Both the position numbers and the translations under genes were made by a program. Positions 1 to 8,275 of a stretch of 60,222 nt of DNA are shown here, one piece after another. The stretch is taken from NCBI GenBank assembly GCA_043812655.1, contig JBDRLW010000029.1, positions 1 through 60,222 on the forward strand, in the 5' to 3' direction. The notes below the pieces were generated by a model. That model was not told where the DNA came from and ran no database searches. It was given only the letters and a program-made list of their open reading frames with translations. Every line of letters begins with the position of its first letter. The first letter of the stretch is position 1. This DNA is from a bacterium (lineage in GTDB: Bacteria > Margulisbacteria > WOR-1 > O2-12-FULL-45-9 > XYB2-FULL-48-7).

Positions 1-803
1 ATCGCCTCGATCGTCTCGGCCGGCACTTCATAACTTTCATAATACATCTTGTGGTCTTCAATATTCTCAGCATAAACCGGTTTGAAGGTCGCCAGGCCAG
101 TGTGGAGCGTTACATAAGCAATATTTACGCCCTTAGCGTTGATCTTGGCAATTAATTCAGGTGTAAAATGTAACCCCGCCGTCGGCGCCGCCGAGGCCCC
201 TTCTTTTTCGGCGTAGACGGTTTGGTAGCGATTGGTCAATGACGAATTACGAATGACGAATGACGAATGAATGTATGGCGGCAACGGGATTTGCCCTTTA
301 CTATTTATATATCCATCCAAGTCGCCGGTAAACGCAATGATCTGCTCCCCTGTCCCCGTCTTTTCCAAAACCTCCCCAACAACTTCTCCCTCGCCAAAAA
401 TAATCTTTGAGCCAACGTTTAATTTCTTGCCTGGTTTAACTAGACATTCCCAGACAATTGTATTCGGAACCTGCGACTGAAAGTCGCGGTTCCTTGTTTG
501 TTTTCGATTATTAAAACCGAGACTTTTAGTCTCTGGTTTTAATAACTGCTTTACTAACAAAACTTCTACCTTCCCACCTCCCCCCTCCCTCCTCCCCGCC
601 AAATTAGCCGGTATAACTTTGGTATTATTTAAAACAAGAAGATCGCCAGGATTTAAGTAGTCAATAATATTGTAGAAATGCTTATGTTCAATGCTTTCGG
701 TCTTTCTTCCAAGCACCATTAACCGCGACTCATCGCGTTTTGTGGCTGGCTCGTGGGCGATCAATTCTGGCGGGACTATAAAATCAAACTCTGATGTTTT
801 CAT
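1..803 (-). CDS. queA: S-adenosylmethionine:tRNA ribosyltransferase-isomerase QueA (3' end outside window)
   Basis: Manual translation from ATG 803: MKTSEFDFIVPPELIAHEP...GDLLVLNNTKVIPA...GQIPLPPYI...RYQTVYA...AAPTAGLHFT...VTLHTGLATFKPV, all QueA hallmark motifs. Missing from the ORF track because the stop lies outside the window. Confidence 0.97.
   Translation of the reverse strand, partial: MKTSEFDFIVPPELIAHEPATKRDESRLMVLGRKTESIEHKHFYNIIDYLNPGDLLVLNNTKVIPANLAGRREGGGGKVEVLLVKQLLKPETKSLGFNNRKQTRNRDFQSQVPNTIVWECLVKPGKKLNVGSKIIFGEGEVVGEVLEKTGTGEQIIAFTGDLDGYINSKGQIPLPPYIHSSFVIRNSSLTNRYQTVYAEKEGASAAPTAGLHFTPELIAKINAKGVNIAYVTLHTGLATFKPVYAENIEDHKMYYESYEVPAETIEA
238..265. repeat. Heptamer tandem repeat (AATGACG)x4, one mismatch, inside queA
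   Basis: aatgacg-aattacg-aatgacg-aatgacg; encodes the SSFVIRNSS segment after PPYIH. Confidence 0.85.
466..545. repeat. Pair of REP-like hairpins in inverted orientation inside queA
   Basis: 466-493 ggaacc(t)gcgact-gaa-agtcgcggttcc and 508-545 ttattaaaaccgagact-ttt-agtctc(t)ggttttaataa; each has a single bulge and a 3-nt loop. Confidence 0.85.
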
Positions 804-836
804 TCTCCTACGCTCTTTGAGCTTCGGAGAATAAAT
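802..836. repeat. Palindromic repeat copy A, downstream of the GIY-YIG gene
   Basis: attctcc...ggagaat stem; 821-836 gcttcggagaataaat is the exact reverse complement of 1108-1123. Confidence 0.85.
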
Positions 837-845
837 AAAAGCTCG

Positions 846-1088
846 TCATATAAAACGCTTTTTCATAATTGCAATACCTGACCCTGTTTTTAAGTATTTC
901 TCAAAGGCAACAACTTTTTCTCTCTCTTTAAATCCGCAAAACCATTTAATTTCCCAATCTCCAGCTGATCTTTTTGTATATAAAGAAAGCCCATCGTTAT
1001 GCTCTTTTATTCTTCTTTCAAGATTATTAGTTAAGCCAACATATGTCTTACCACTAGAATCTTGAAGAATATACACATTGTAATTCAA
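846..1088 (-). CDS. Small standalone GIY-YIG nuclease family protein
   Basis: 80 aa; YNVYILQ...TYVGLT, RIKEHN and FEKYLKTGSG motifs; TTG start after a GGTGA SD-like sequence. Confidence 0.9.
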   Translation of the reverse strand: MNYNVYILQDSSGKTYVGLTNNLERRIKEHNDGLSLYTKRSAGDWEIKWFCGFKEREKVVAFEKYLKTGSGIAIMKKRFI

Positions 1089-1107
1089 TTTTAATCACCA
1101 GGCCAGA

Positions 1108-1154
1108 ATTTATTCTCCGAAGCCACCGAGCGCAGCGAGGGGACGAAGGAGAAT
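1108..1154. repeat. Palindromic repeat copy B, upstream of the GIY-YIG gene and abutting the tRNA 3' end
   Basis: Reverse complement reads attctccttcg...gcttcggagaataaat, the same ends as copy A (attctcctacg...gcttcggagaataaat) with a different central loop. Confidence 0.85.
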
Positions 1155-1229
1155 CGGGGCGGCGGGATTTGAACCCACGATCTCTACCACCCCAAGGTAG
1201 CGCCTTAGACCAAGCTGGGCCACGCCCCG
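1154..1229 (-). tRNA. tRNA-Pro(GGG), CCA not encoded
   Basis: Acceptor CGGGGCG/CGCCCCG, anticodon arm CTACC-TTGGGGT-GGTAG, T arm GTGGG-TTCAAAT-CCCGC. Confidence 0.96.
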
Positions 1230-1248
1230 ACAAGTTTGAACGACCAAG

Positions 1249-1331
1249 TCCCGACGTTACTATTATAGCAGTTCATTGAACGTCGGGATCCCGATGATTC
1301 CATAATTATTCTATTTCAATGAACATCGGGA
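1249..1331. mobile_element. Tandem pair of TCCCGA...TCGGGA hairpin elements (putative non-autonomous insertion)
   Basis: 1249-1288 tcccgacgtt...aacgtcggga and 1289-1331 tcccgatg...catcggga; on the minus strand both begin tcccgaYgttcaWtgaa; located at AG^CT. Confidence 0.65.
1263..1271 (-). promoter_or_regulatory. Putative extended -10 promoter (TGCTATAAT) for the tRNA-Pro/GIY-YIG/queA transcript
   Basis: Perfect TGnTATAAT about 33 nt upstream of the tRNA 5' end, lying in the loop of the inserted hairpin. Confidence 0.45.
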
Positions 1332-1348
1332 CTGGGCCACGCCCCGAC

Positions 1349-2263
1349 TTATCTCTTTATTATACCAAAGATCGTCCCGATCCCGTAGCTTAAATGGAGA
1401 GCCAGAAAAATAAAAGGGGTGATCGGTAAATACTTCCAGCCAGCTTTTAAAGAGAAAAACAAATTGGCTACGCCATAAACAAGTAAAACCGTTAAAGAAA
1501 CAGGTGGGATCAAAAGCCCCAAAACAAAAAAGAGGGGAATAAGATGCCTGATCGAAATCGAACTACGATCTTTTTTAGCCGCTTTCGCTACGTCAACGCC
1601 GTTTAAAAACCCCTGTTTGAGCAGACCAAAAACCGTTGATCGACTATAATAATCCGATCTTATCTCTGGGGTCATATAGATCTTCCCGCCCGCTTTAATG
1701 ATCCGGTGATTAAATTCTAAATCTTCGGAGCGCGGCAGGTTTTCATCAAAAAGGCCGAGATGACCAAACACTTCCCGGCGATAAGCGCCGAACGGAACGG
1801 TATCAACATAACCCGGTTGGTTGGAATAACGGAATTTTGAGCCGGTGCCGAAAGGCGAACTCAAAACCAGGGCGATCGCTTCACCAATATACCCCTTGCC
1901 AATCGTTCTAATCGTGCCGCCAACGCAATCAACGCCGGTCTTATTAAAATAATCAACACTTTTAGCCAGAAAATCTTTGGCAATGACGGCATGGGCATCA
2001 ACGCGAACAATGATCTCCCCCTTAGCCGCCTTGATCCCAATGTTTGTGCCAGCTGGGGCGATCTTCCTTGGATTGTCCAGTAGTTTAACCGTTGGATAGT
2101 TAGCTATGATCTCGCGGGTTTTATCGGTCGATCGCCCATCAATAACGATGACCTCATATTTACTCTTATCATAATCCTGGGCCATGATTGAATCGAGGCA
2201 ATTTCCAATAAAACCCTCTTCATTACGGCAAGGAATAATTATTGATAGCTCGGCTTCAACCAT
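1349..2263 (-). CDS. Glycosyltransferase family 2 (ExoA-like)
   Basis: SIIIPCRNEE, VIDGRSTD, RVDAH, DTVPFGAYRR, SEDLEFN; hydrophobic C-terminus. Confidence 0.92.
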   Translation of the reverse strand: MVEAELSIIIPCRNEEGFIGNCLDSIMAQDYDKSKYEVIVIDGRSTDKTREIIANYPTVKLLDNPRKIAPAGTNIGIKAAKGEIIVRVDAHAVIAKDFLAKSVDYFNKTGVDCVGGTIRTIGKGYIGEAIALVLSSPFGTGSKFRYSNQPGYVDTVPFGAYRREVFGHLGLFDENLPRSEDLEFNHRIIKAGGKIYMTPEIRSDYYSRSTVFGLLKQGFLNGVDVAKAAKKDRSSISIRHLIPLFFVLGLLIPPVSLTVLLVYGVANLFFSLKAGWKYLPITPFIFLALHLSYGIGTIFGIIKR

Positions 2264-3029
2264 TGGCCTTCTTTTTGACTAAAACCACATAGCCGGAGCC
2301 AAAGGGGATCTTTGAAAATATTCCATTGAATATTTTTAGCATTGAAAAATAAAATCTTGGTAATTTAACATTGAACGGCATAAAAGACGAACCGATAAAT
2401 TTTGCTTCTATTTTTTTAAGCCCGCAGTTGGCCAAGGTCTTATCAAATTCCCAGGGATTATGCGCCCGGGTCGTAAAGCTCGCGCAAAAGACCTTTTCAT
2501 TGGCCCTATGCCGACTGAATATTTTTGCCAAGGGAGCAACCATTGTCCTAATAATGTGCACCGGCGAAAAAACATTAGAAACGCTTAGAACTGCCGCCCC
2601 ACCAGGCTTTAAGACCCTTAAAAATTCCGCCAGCACAGCTTTGTCATCTTTTAAATAATCAAGGACGCCGATGGAAACCACTACGTCAAATATCTCGGAA
2701 GGAAGGTCCATCTTCTCAACATCCCCAACCCAAAAACGAGCTTTGTTGCTCGCCGCGTTTTTCTTGGCTTCTTTGATCATTTCCGCCGAAATATCGATCC
2801 CGCAAACCTCAAAGCCCCTCTCCAAATATTCATTGACCATCACGGCCGAACCACACCCGGCGTCTAATAACTTCCCATCCTTAAGCTGGTATTTATCCAA
2901 TAATGAAAAAACCGCGATCTTGCGCGTGATCATCTCATGCGAACAGAGATCTTTTGCCTGCGCGTACCTTTCGGCATAATATGAAGCCGCGGTTTTATCA
3001 AAAAACTCCTTGATCGCTTCTTTTGACAT
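2256..3029 (-). CDS. Class I SAM-dependent methyltransferase
   Basis: LLDAGCGS, FDVVVSIGVL, RVLKPGG. Confidence 0.9.
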   Translation of the reverse strand: MSKEAIKEFFDKTAASYYAERYAQAKDLCSHEMITRKIAVFSLLDKYQLKDGKLLDAGCGSAVMVNEYLERGFEVCGIDISAEMIKEAKKNAASNKARFWVGDVEKMDLPSEIFDVVVSIGVLDYLKDDKAVLAEFLRVLKPGGAAVLSVSNVFSPVHIIRTMVAPLAKIFSRHRANEKVFCASFTTRAHNPWEFDKTLANCGLKKIEAKFIGSSFMPFNVKLPRFYFSMLKIFNGIFSKIPFGSGYVVLVKKKANG

Positions 3030-3941
3030 CTAATCTACCTCCTTAAATAGTCTTTGGAACGTCTTTTGCGCCACCCCTACCCAATCGTAAGCGCCAACTA
3101 GCTTACACTTAAAATCAAAGAGAGAATCTTTTTCTTCTACGGCGATCCTTTTCTGGGCATATAAGTCAGAATTCCTGTTATTCCTGCCAATTTCCGAAAT
3201 AAAAGCCATTTTAAAACTATTGTTAATTAATTCACTCTTTGTAACATCATCAAACGCTCCATAGCGCCCAATCCCTACCGGATAGGAAAAATAATTAACC
3301 GTCCCCGACAAATTTTCTTCTATTTGCCTCTTAGAATTTCTTAGCTCCTCCCCTATCTTATCTCGATCAAGCTTGGCCAAATGTGGATGCGAAACGGTAT
3401 GGGACCCAAAAGTTATGCCGCCAGCGTTCATCTCTTTTATTTCACTCCATGACAAGGATATCCAGTTGTCTTTATTTGTTGCCTTGTCTTTCAAAGCCTT
3501 ATCATCCCATAAAAGCCATTTGAATATCTTATTTTCCCCGATCCCACTGACCGTGAGAAATATTGCCGCGGGAAAACCATATCTTCTTAAGATCGGGAAA
3601 GCATTAAGATAAACGCTTTTATAACCATCATCAAAAGTGATCACAACCGACTTCCGAGGCAGCTTCTTTTCTCCTGAATGCCAGCTAAGATAATTATCTA
3701 AACTAACAACATTATAGCCGTTTTCATGAAGATATTTCAGCTGGTCGGCAAATTGCCCCGGAAAAACATTATCGTATCGCACCTCGGTGCTTTCTGGCGG
3801 AGCCGAACTAACCTTATGGTACATTAAAACAGTGATCGCCTGGTCTTTTGGAATATATCCTAATAAAACACAAAATGGATACAGCACACCAGAGATTATT
3901 TTCTGGAATAAATAAAAAGCTTGTTTTAATTTTCTACGCAT
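3030..3941 (-). CDS. Polysaccharide deacetylase (CE4, IcaB/PgaB-like)
   Basis: VLMYHKV, ITFDDGY, GSHTVSHPHL, FSYPVG. Confidence 0.93.
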   Translation of the reverse strand: MRRKLKQAFYLFQKIISGVLYPFCVLLGYIPKDQAITVLMYHKVSSAPPESTEVRYDNVFPGQFADQLKYLHENGYNVVSLDNYLSWHSGEKKLPRKSVVITFDDGYKSVYLNAFPILRRYGFPAAIFLTVSGIGENKIFKWLLWDDKALKDKATNKDNWISLSWSEIKEMNAGGITFGSHTVSHPHLAKLDRDKIGEELRNSKRQIEENLSGTVNYFSYPVGIGRYGAFDDVTKSELINNSFKMAFISEIGRNNRNSDLYAQKRIAVEEKDSLFDFKCKLVGAYDWVGVAQKTFQRLFKEVD

Positions 3942-5083
3942 TTAAGGCTTTCAATGACTTTCAAGGTTTCTCTCGCTGTCTTTTCCCAGGAATATGTCTT
4001 TGCCCTTATTAAACCTTTAGCAACCATTTCATGGCGTAAAGCTGTGTTTTCAATCGCATTAAATATCGTTTTACTCCACGCCTCGACATCTAAATGATTG
4101 CCATAATATGCCGCCTCACCAATATTTTCACGATGAGCAGGGATATCTGCCAAGATTACAGGACAACCACAAGCGATTGCCTCAACTACAGGCAAATTGA
4201 ATGCCTCATGAAAAGATGGTGCGACATAAAAATCAGCTAAATTGTATAAGCCCGCTAAAGTCTTATCGTGAGGGACGACGCCAAGAAAAAAAACATCAAC
4301 TTTCAAATCCAGTTTTTCAACTTCAGCAAGAACAGCTTCGGCCCCATGCCACTGCCCACCGGCCAGAACCAATTTATGAGGAACATTATATTTTCTCTTT
4401 AATATTGAAAAAGCCCGGAGCATATTGATCAGGTTTTTACGAGCACTTAGCCCCCCAACAAAGAAGAAGAACTTATCAGGCAAATTATATTTAGCTTTTA
4501 TTTCCGACAAAAAAGCTTGATCCTTAATCACCTGAAAGAGGGGATCATAAGCCAACCTAACAACCGTAATTTTTTCGGCTGGAGTGCCAAGATATTTTAT
4601 TAGATCATTTTTTACATCCTGCGAAACGGTAATAATTTTTCTAGCTTTAAGGGTTGAGAGCCTAACCATCGCGCAAAAATACTTTTTCCATAACCAGGGT
4701 TCTTCATCCCCGTGCAAGACAAAAGGCGCCATCCCATGCACTACCACCACACCAGGCACGCCAGTTATTAAGGGGATCATAAAATTCGACCCTAAATAAG
4801 CATCTATTTTCAACCGCTTAAGGAAAAAAGGAAGGCTAATATTTTCCCAAAAAGGAGCAGCATAATTATTCCCCGGTCGTCGGCTCACCCCAGGAAATGG
4901 GACATAAACAGCCTTTACCCTGGAAGACAACCAGTTAAAAGCTGGGATATCAGGAGAATCAAAAAAAACATAGTATTCATTTGCCTGGTCAATCTCCAGC
5001 AGATTTTCAATGATCTTTTTAGTATAAACTCCGATACCGTATGAGTCGCGAGTTAACGTCCGTCCATCAATGCCAATCTTCAT
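3926..5083 (-). CDS. Glycosyltransferase family 4
   Basis: MKIGIDGR, RKNL, PSFHEAFNLPVVEAIACGCP, YSWEKTARET. Confidence 0.93.
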   Translation of the reverse strand: MKIGIDGRTLTRDSYGIGVYTKKIIENLLEIDQANEYYVFFDSPDIPAFNWLSSRVKAVYVPFPGVSRRPGNNYAAPFWENISLPFFLKRLKIDAYLGSNFMIPLITGVPGVVVVHGMAPFVLHGDEEPWLWKKYFCAMVRLSTLKARKIITVSQDVKNDLIKYLGTPAEKITVVRLAYDPLFQVIKDQAFLSEIKAKYNLPDKFFFFVGGLSARKNLINMLRAFSILKRKYNVPHKLVLAGGQWHGAEAVLAEVEKLDLKVDVFFLGVVPHDKTLAGLYNLADFYVAPSFHEAFNLPVVEAIACGCPVILADIPAHRENIGEAAYYGNHLDVEAWSKTIFNAIENTALRHEMVAKGLIRAKTYSWEKTARETLKVIESLKCVEN

Positions 5084-6594
5084 TTATTAGTTCGCTTGTT
5101 CGGCCAAATAAATATCTCTGTATCCCCAATAGTTTTGAGCAATGAGTAACCGCTAGCCAATATCAACTCTCGATAAGGATGCTTGATAGCACAATTTCCC
5201 CAGACAATTAAATGAACTTCATGCTCTTTGATCACGTTTTTTAACCTATAGGGAGAAATGATCTTATACCTATCCAACCTATTTTCATCAATTCTTGGCC
5301 AAATCGCTTGTTGAAGATAAGGAAATTCCATTCCGGGAAAAATAGCACGATTCGATTGTAAAAAATATCCTGGCCAGCCGCTGGCTACATATTCATTAAC
5401 TCCCGTGTTTTTATCGATTTCCTGCGAGATTTGATCAATAGTGGAGATATCCCAATTAATCGGATTGGTAAAGCGGGGGCTCGCCCCCTCTATCCCCTTT
5501 TGCCTAGAGATATATCGAAAGCCATCCAGTGGCGCGACTAAAACATAAAAACCAATGATCATTATTAAAAAATACTTCAAAGAACCTTGACTGTCAGCGA
5601 TCACGTAAAAGCTGGTCACGATCATAAAAGGGATAAGGACCGAAAAATATTCAAACCATGCTGGCGTTGGGAGGAGGCTGACAAAAAAAAGAAATAACGT
5701 AATATTAAATGACAATGCCAATCGTTTCTTCACCCAAAGCTTCGTCAGTAAATAATAGGCATTGATCAAAAACAATAGCATGAACTGAAAACCAATAACA
5801 CCTTCCACCCACTGAAGACCAAATAAACGTAAAACAATGACCCCCTTTTGCGTGAAATTACCGATCAGACCATAGGCGCTCCGAGTCGCATGATATCCAA
5901 GGTTATTAAAAAGGAAATTTTCGGGATTTATAATAATAAAAAATAAATTAGGTAATAGTGCCATGGCTACTCCAGCAAAAAATGCTCGATATGCGATCAA
6001 TCTGCTACTTGATCCTTTTTCAGATTGGTAAATCCCTATCAGAAAAGCCGGAATTATTGCAATAAAAAACAACCTGGTATCAACAGCTAAGCCAAGCAAT
6101 AACCCGCTTAACAGCCACAAACGCCTCTCTAAGAGAAAATACGCACCAAAAAGAAGCAAGGTTGAAAGGGTAAAAGTTTTTACCAGAGTGTACCAGCCAA
6201 AAACCAAGCTTGATGAAGCATAGATAACAACTGCCGCCAACCCTAAAACTCGCCGGCGAAAAAGGTTCGTAATCTGCAAATATATCAAACCACCCAGCAA
6301 AATAGTCAAGATGGCTGATAGAGACCTGGCCGAATACCAGTTAAAGCCAAAGACCTTCATCCATAAGCCATATATGTAAGGCAAAAGCGGTGCCTGCGGA
6401 TAGAAAAAGTCATGGTATAAGATCTTTCCTCCCATAACTAATTTCGCGGCCAAAAGGTAAAATCCTTCATCGGAATTAATTAACTGCAGCCAGGCAATTG
6501 GGAAAAATATCACGATCTGAACAGCCAAAACAGTCAAACCAATATAGCGCCAGTTAGCCATTTCAAATTTATTAACAATCCTGCTTATTAACAT
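5080..6594 (-). CDS. Polytopic GT-C / ArnT-PMT (GT39)-like membrane glycosyltransferase
   Basis: NSDEGFY loop after TM1, LYHDFFYPQAPL, many TM segments, soluble C-terminus. Confidence 0.7.
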   Translation of the reverse strand: MLISRIVNKFEMANWRYIGLTVLAVQIVIFFPIAWLQLINSDEGFYLLAAKLVMGGKILYHDFFYPQAPLLPYIYGLWMKVFGFNWYSARSLSAILTILLGGLIYLQITNLFRRRVLGLAAVVIYASSSLVFGWYTLVKTFTLSTLLLFGAYFLLERRLWLLSGLLLGLAVDTRLFFIAIIPAFLIGIYQSEKGSSSRLIAYRAFFAGVAMALLPNLFFIIINPENFLFNNLGYHATRSAYGLIGNFTQKGVIVLRLFGLQWVEGVIGFQFMLLFLINAYYLLTKLWVKKRLALSFNITLFLFFVSLLPTPAWFEYFSVLIPFMIVTSFYVIADSQGSLKYFLIMIIGFYVLVAPLDGFRYISRQKGIEGASPRFTNPINWDISTIDQISQEIDKNTGVNEYVASGWPGYFLQSNRAIFPGMEFPYLQQAIWPRIDENRLDRYKIISPYRLKNVIKEHEVHLIVWGNCAIKHPYRELILASGYSLLKTIGDTEIFIWPNKRTNK

Positions 6595-7396
6595 AGTGCT
6601 TCAACTCCCAAGCCTTCGCGTAAGATAAATATATCGACCATCCCTCAAGAACCGCTAATAAAAAGCCATGATACCCATCCAAAAACCCCAGTTTAAAAAA
6701 ATAAAACCAGACAAATCGCCAAAATGGTTTAAACGGTAATAAGCGCCAGGTTAACTTAAGTGGTGGTCTAATAAACCAGGGCAAAGAGACAAGATTCACC
6801 TCCATTTCACTGCTTGTAGACTGGTAAATATCTTGCGCTCGCCAACTGGTAAACTGGTCTAGGTGCTTCAGATAGTCGCTGATCGATTCGCGCGGGTAAT
6901 GGGTGATCGGATTCTCCAAACGACCAACCGGTCCGGCAACCAGCGCTTCAGCATGAACGCATTTGTCTTCAAACTTCCCTGCACCCTTTTTGAACAATTT
7001 TATATTCCAATCAGGATACCAGCCTCCATGCCGAATCCATTTACCTAAAAAAAAGTTTTTCCTGGGGAAATAATAGCCGGTATATTTTTCTTGCCCAACT
7101 CGGCGCAGGATCTCGTCTTTTAATTCTGGGGTCAAGATCTCGTCAGAATCAATAATTAATATCCACTCCCCCACAAAGTCCAAATTAGCCAGTGCCCAAT
7201 TTTTCTGAGTGGCAGAATTAACGTATTTGTGCTGGATAATTTTGGCCGTATATTTCCGGCAGAGATCTAAGGTATTATCAGTACTAAACGAGTCGACAAT
7301 AATAACCTCATCAGCCCAAACAACACTTTTTAAGCAATCTTCAATACGCTTTTCCTGGTTATAAACGGGGATCAAAACAGAGATCAACGGTTTAAT
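6572..7396 (-). CDS. Glycosyltransferase family 2 (LgtF/WaaE-like beta-1,4-glucosyltransferase); probable ATT start
   Basis: SVLIPVYN, VDSFSTD, IDSDE, GGWYPD, GFLDG; SD TAAGGAG 8 nt before ATT 7396 (the ORF track uses TTG 7387). Confidence 0.88.
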   Translation of the reverse strand: MKPLISVLIPVYNQEKRIEDCLKSVVWADEVIIVDSFSTDNTLDLCRKYTAKIIQHKYVNSATQKNWALANLDFVGEWILIIDSDEILTPELKDEILRRVGQEKYTGYYFPRKNFFLGKWIRHGGWYPDWNIKLFKKGAGKFEDKCVHAEALVAGPVGRLENPITHYPRESISDYLKHLDQFTSWRAQDIYQSTSSEMEVNLVSLPWFIRPPLKLTWRLLPFKPFWRFVWFYFFKLGFLDGYHGFLLAVLEGWSIYLSYAKAWELKHYVNKQDC

Positions 7397-7408
7397 TTTA
7401 TTGGCTCC

Positions 7409-8275
7409 TTAGGAATTACTATACCACTTTAAGACAGAGCTGAAAACCGCCCTTTTCTGCCGCCATTTATCACCAGTAAAAAAAGAGGCAATAACATGGT
7501 TTTTCAAGGCACCTAAATAAAAAAACCATCTGGCCATAAAACTAAACCATCTTGAATAATGTTTTCGCAAAAAATACGCCTGGCTCCGGTGATATTCGAC
7601 AAAAGCCGAAGCTTCGCGTCCTTTAGTGCTTTGGCTGGAATAATGTATAAGGCTGCAACTGGGAAGGACCACTACTTTCCAACCCTCTTTTTTCACACGA
7701 AAACAAAAATCTTTTTCCTCTCCATACATAAAATATTTTTCATCAAAATAGCCAACAGTTTTTAAAAGAGAACTTTTAAACATTAAGCCGGCTCCTTGGA
7801 CCCAGTCAACTTCATAGGGGTTGCGACTTTTGGTTTTAATCAACTTCGAATTAAAAAGGGAAAACAATGTTGGAAACATATAACCCATATTTTGGACCGA
7901 CCGGTCGGGATTTAACAATATTGGACCGCAAATCCCAATATTTTTATTCTGATCCAGATAGTTCGCCATTTTTTCTAGGCTATTATCAATTATTTTTGTG
8001 TCAGGGTTAAGAAGTAGGATATTTCTCCCGCAAGTAATTTTTATCCCTTGATTATTGGCCTTGGCAAAACCTTTGTTTTGCAAGTTAGCAACGAGCACAA
8101 CTTGGGGAAATTCATTTTTTACCGCTTCAGCGGACGCGTCGATAGAAGCATTATCAACCACTATCACCTCAAACAAAGACTTCCCTGACTGCTTAAAGAT
8201 CGAGTTAAGACACTTCAAAAGATAAGCTTTAACGTTAAAGCTAACAATAATGATCGAGAGATCAGCCTGGCTCAT
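7409..8275 (-). CDS. Glycosyltransferase family 2 (WbbL/rhamnosyltransferase-like)
   Basis: LSIIIVSFN, VVDNAS, GFAKANN, LLNPD, FDEKYFMYGEEKD. Confidence 0.92.
   Translation of the reverse strand: MSQADLSIIIVSFNVKAYLLKCLNSIFKQSGKSLFEVIVVDNASIDASAEAVKNEFPQVVLVANLQNKGFAKANNQGIKITCGRNILLLNPDTKIIDNSLEKMANYLDQNKNIGICGPILLNPDRSVQNMGYMFPTLFSLFNSKLIKTKSRNPYEVDWVQGAGLMFKSSLLKTVGYFDEKYFMYGEEKDFCFRVKKEGWKVVVLPSCSLIHYSSQSTKGREASAFVEYHRSQAYFLRKHYSRWFSFMARWFFYLGALKNHVIASFFTGDKWRQKRAVFSSVLKWYSNS

Larger units (their letters stand above)
1242..1346 (-). pseudogene. Duplicated tRNA-Pro 5' fragment interrupted by an 83-nt palindromic insertion
   Basis: Minus strand: CGGGGCGTGGCCCAG [insert 1331-1249] CTTGGTC, which together equal tRNA nt 1-22. 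Confidence 0.8.

Noticed and set aside
568..600. C-rich run in queA
   Set aside because: Encodes GRREGGGGK in a normally Gly-containing region; the runs are interrupted
802..1346. Repeats as a CRISPR array
   Set aside because: No regularly spaced direct repeats with unique spacers, and no cas genes
1154..1348. tRNA partial duplication as attL/attR of an integrative island
   Set aside because: The duplicated part is the 5' end, only about 100 nt away, and there is no integrase in the window
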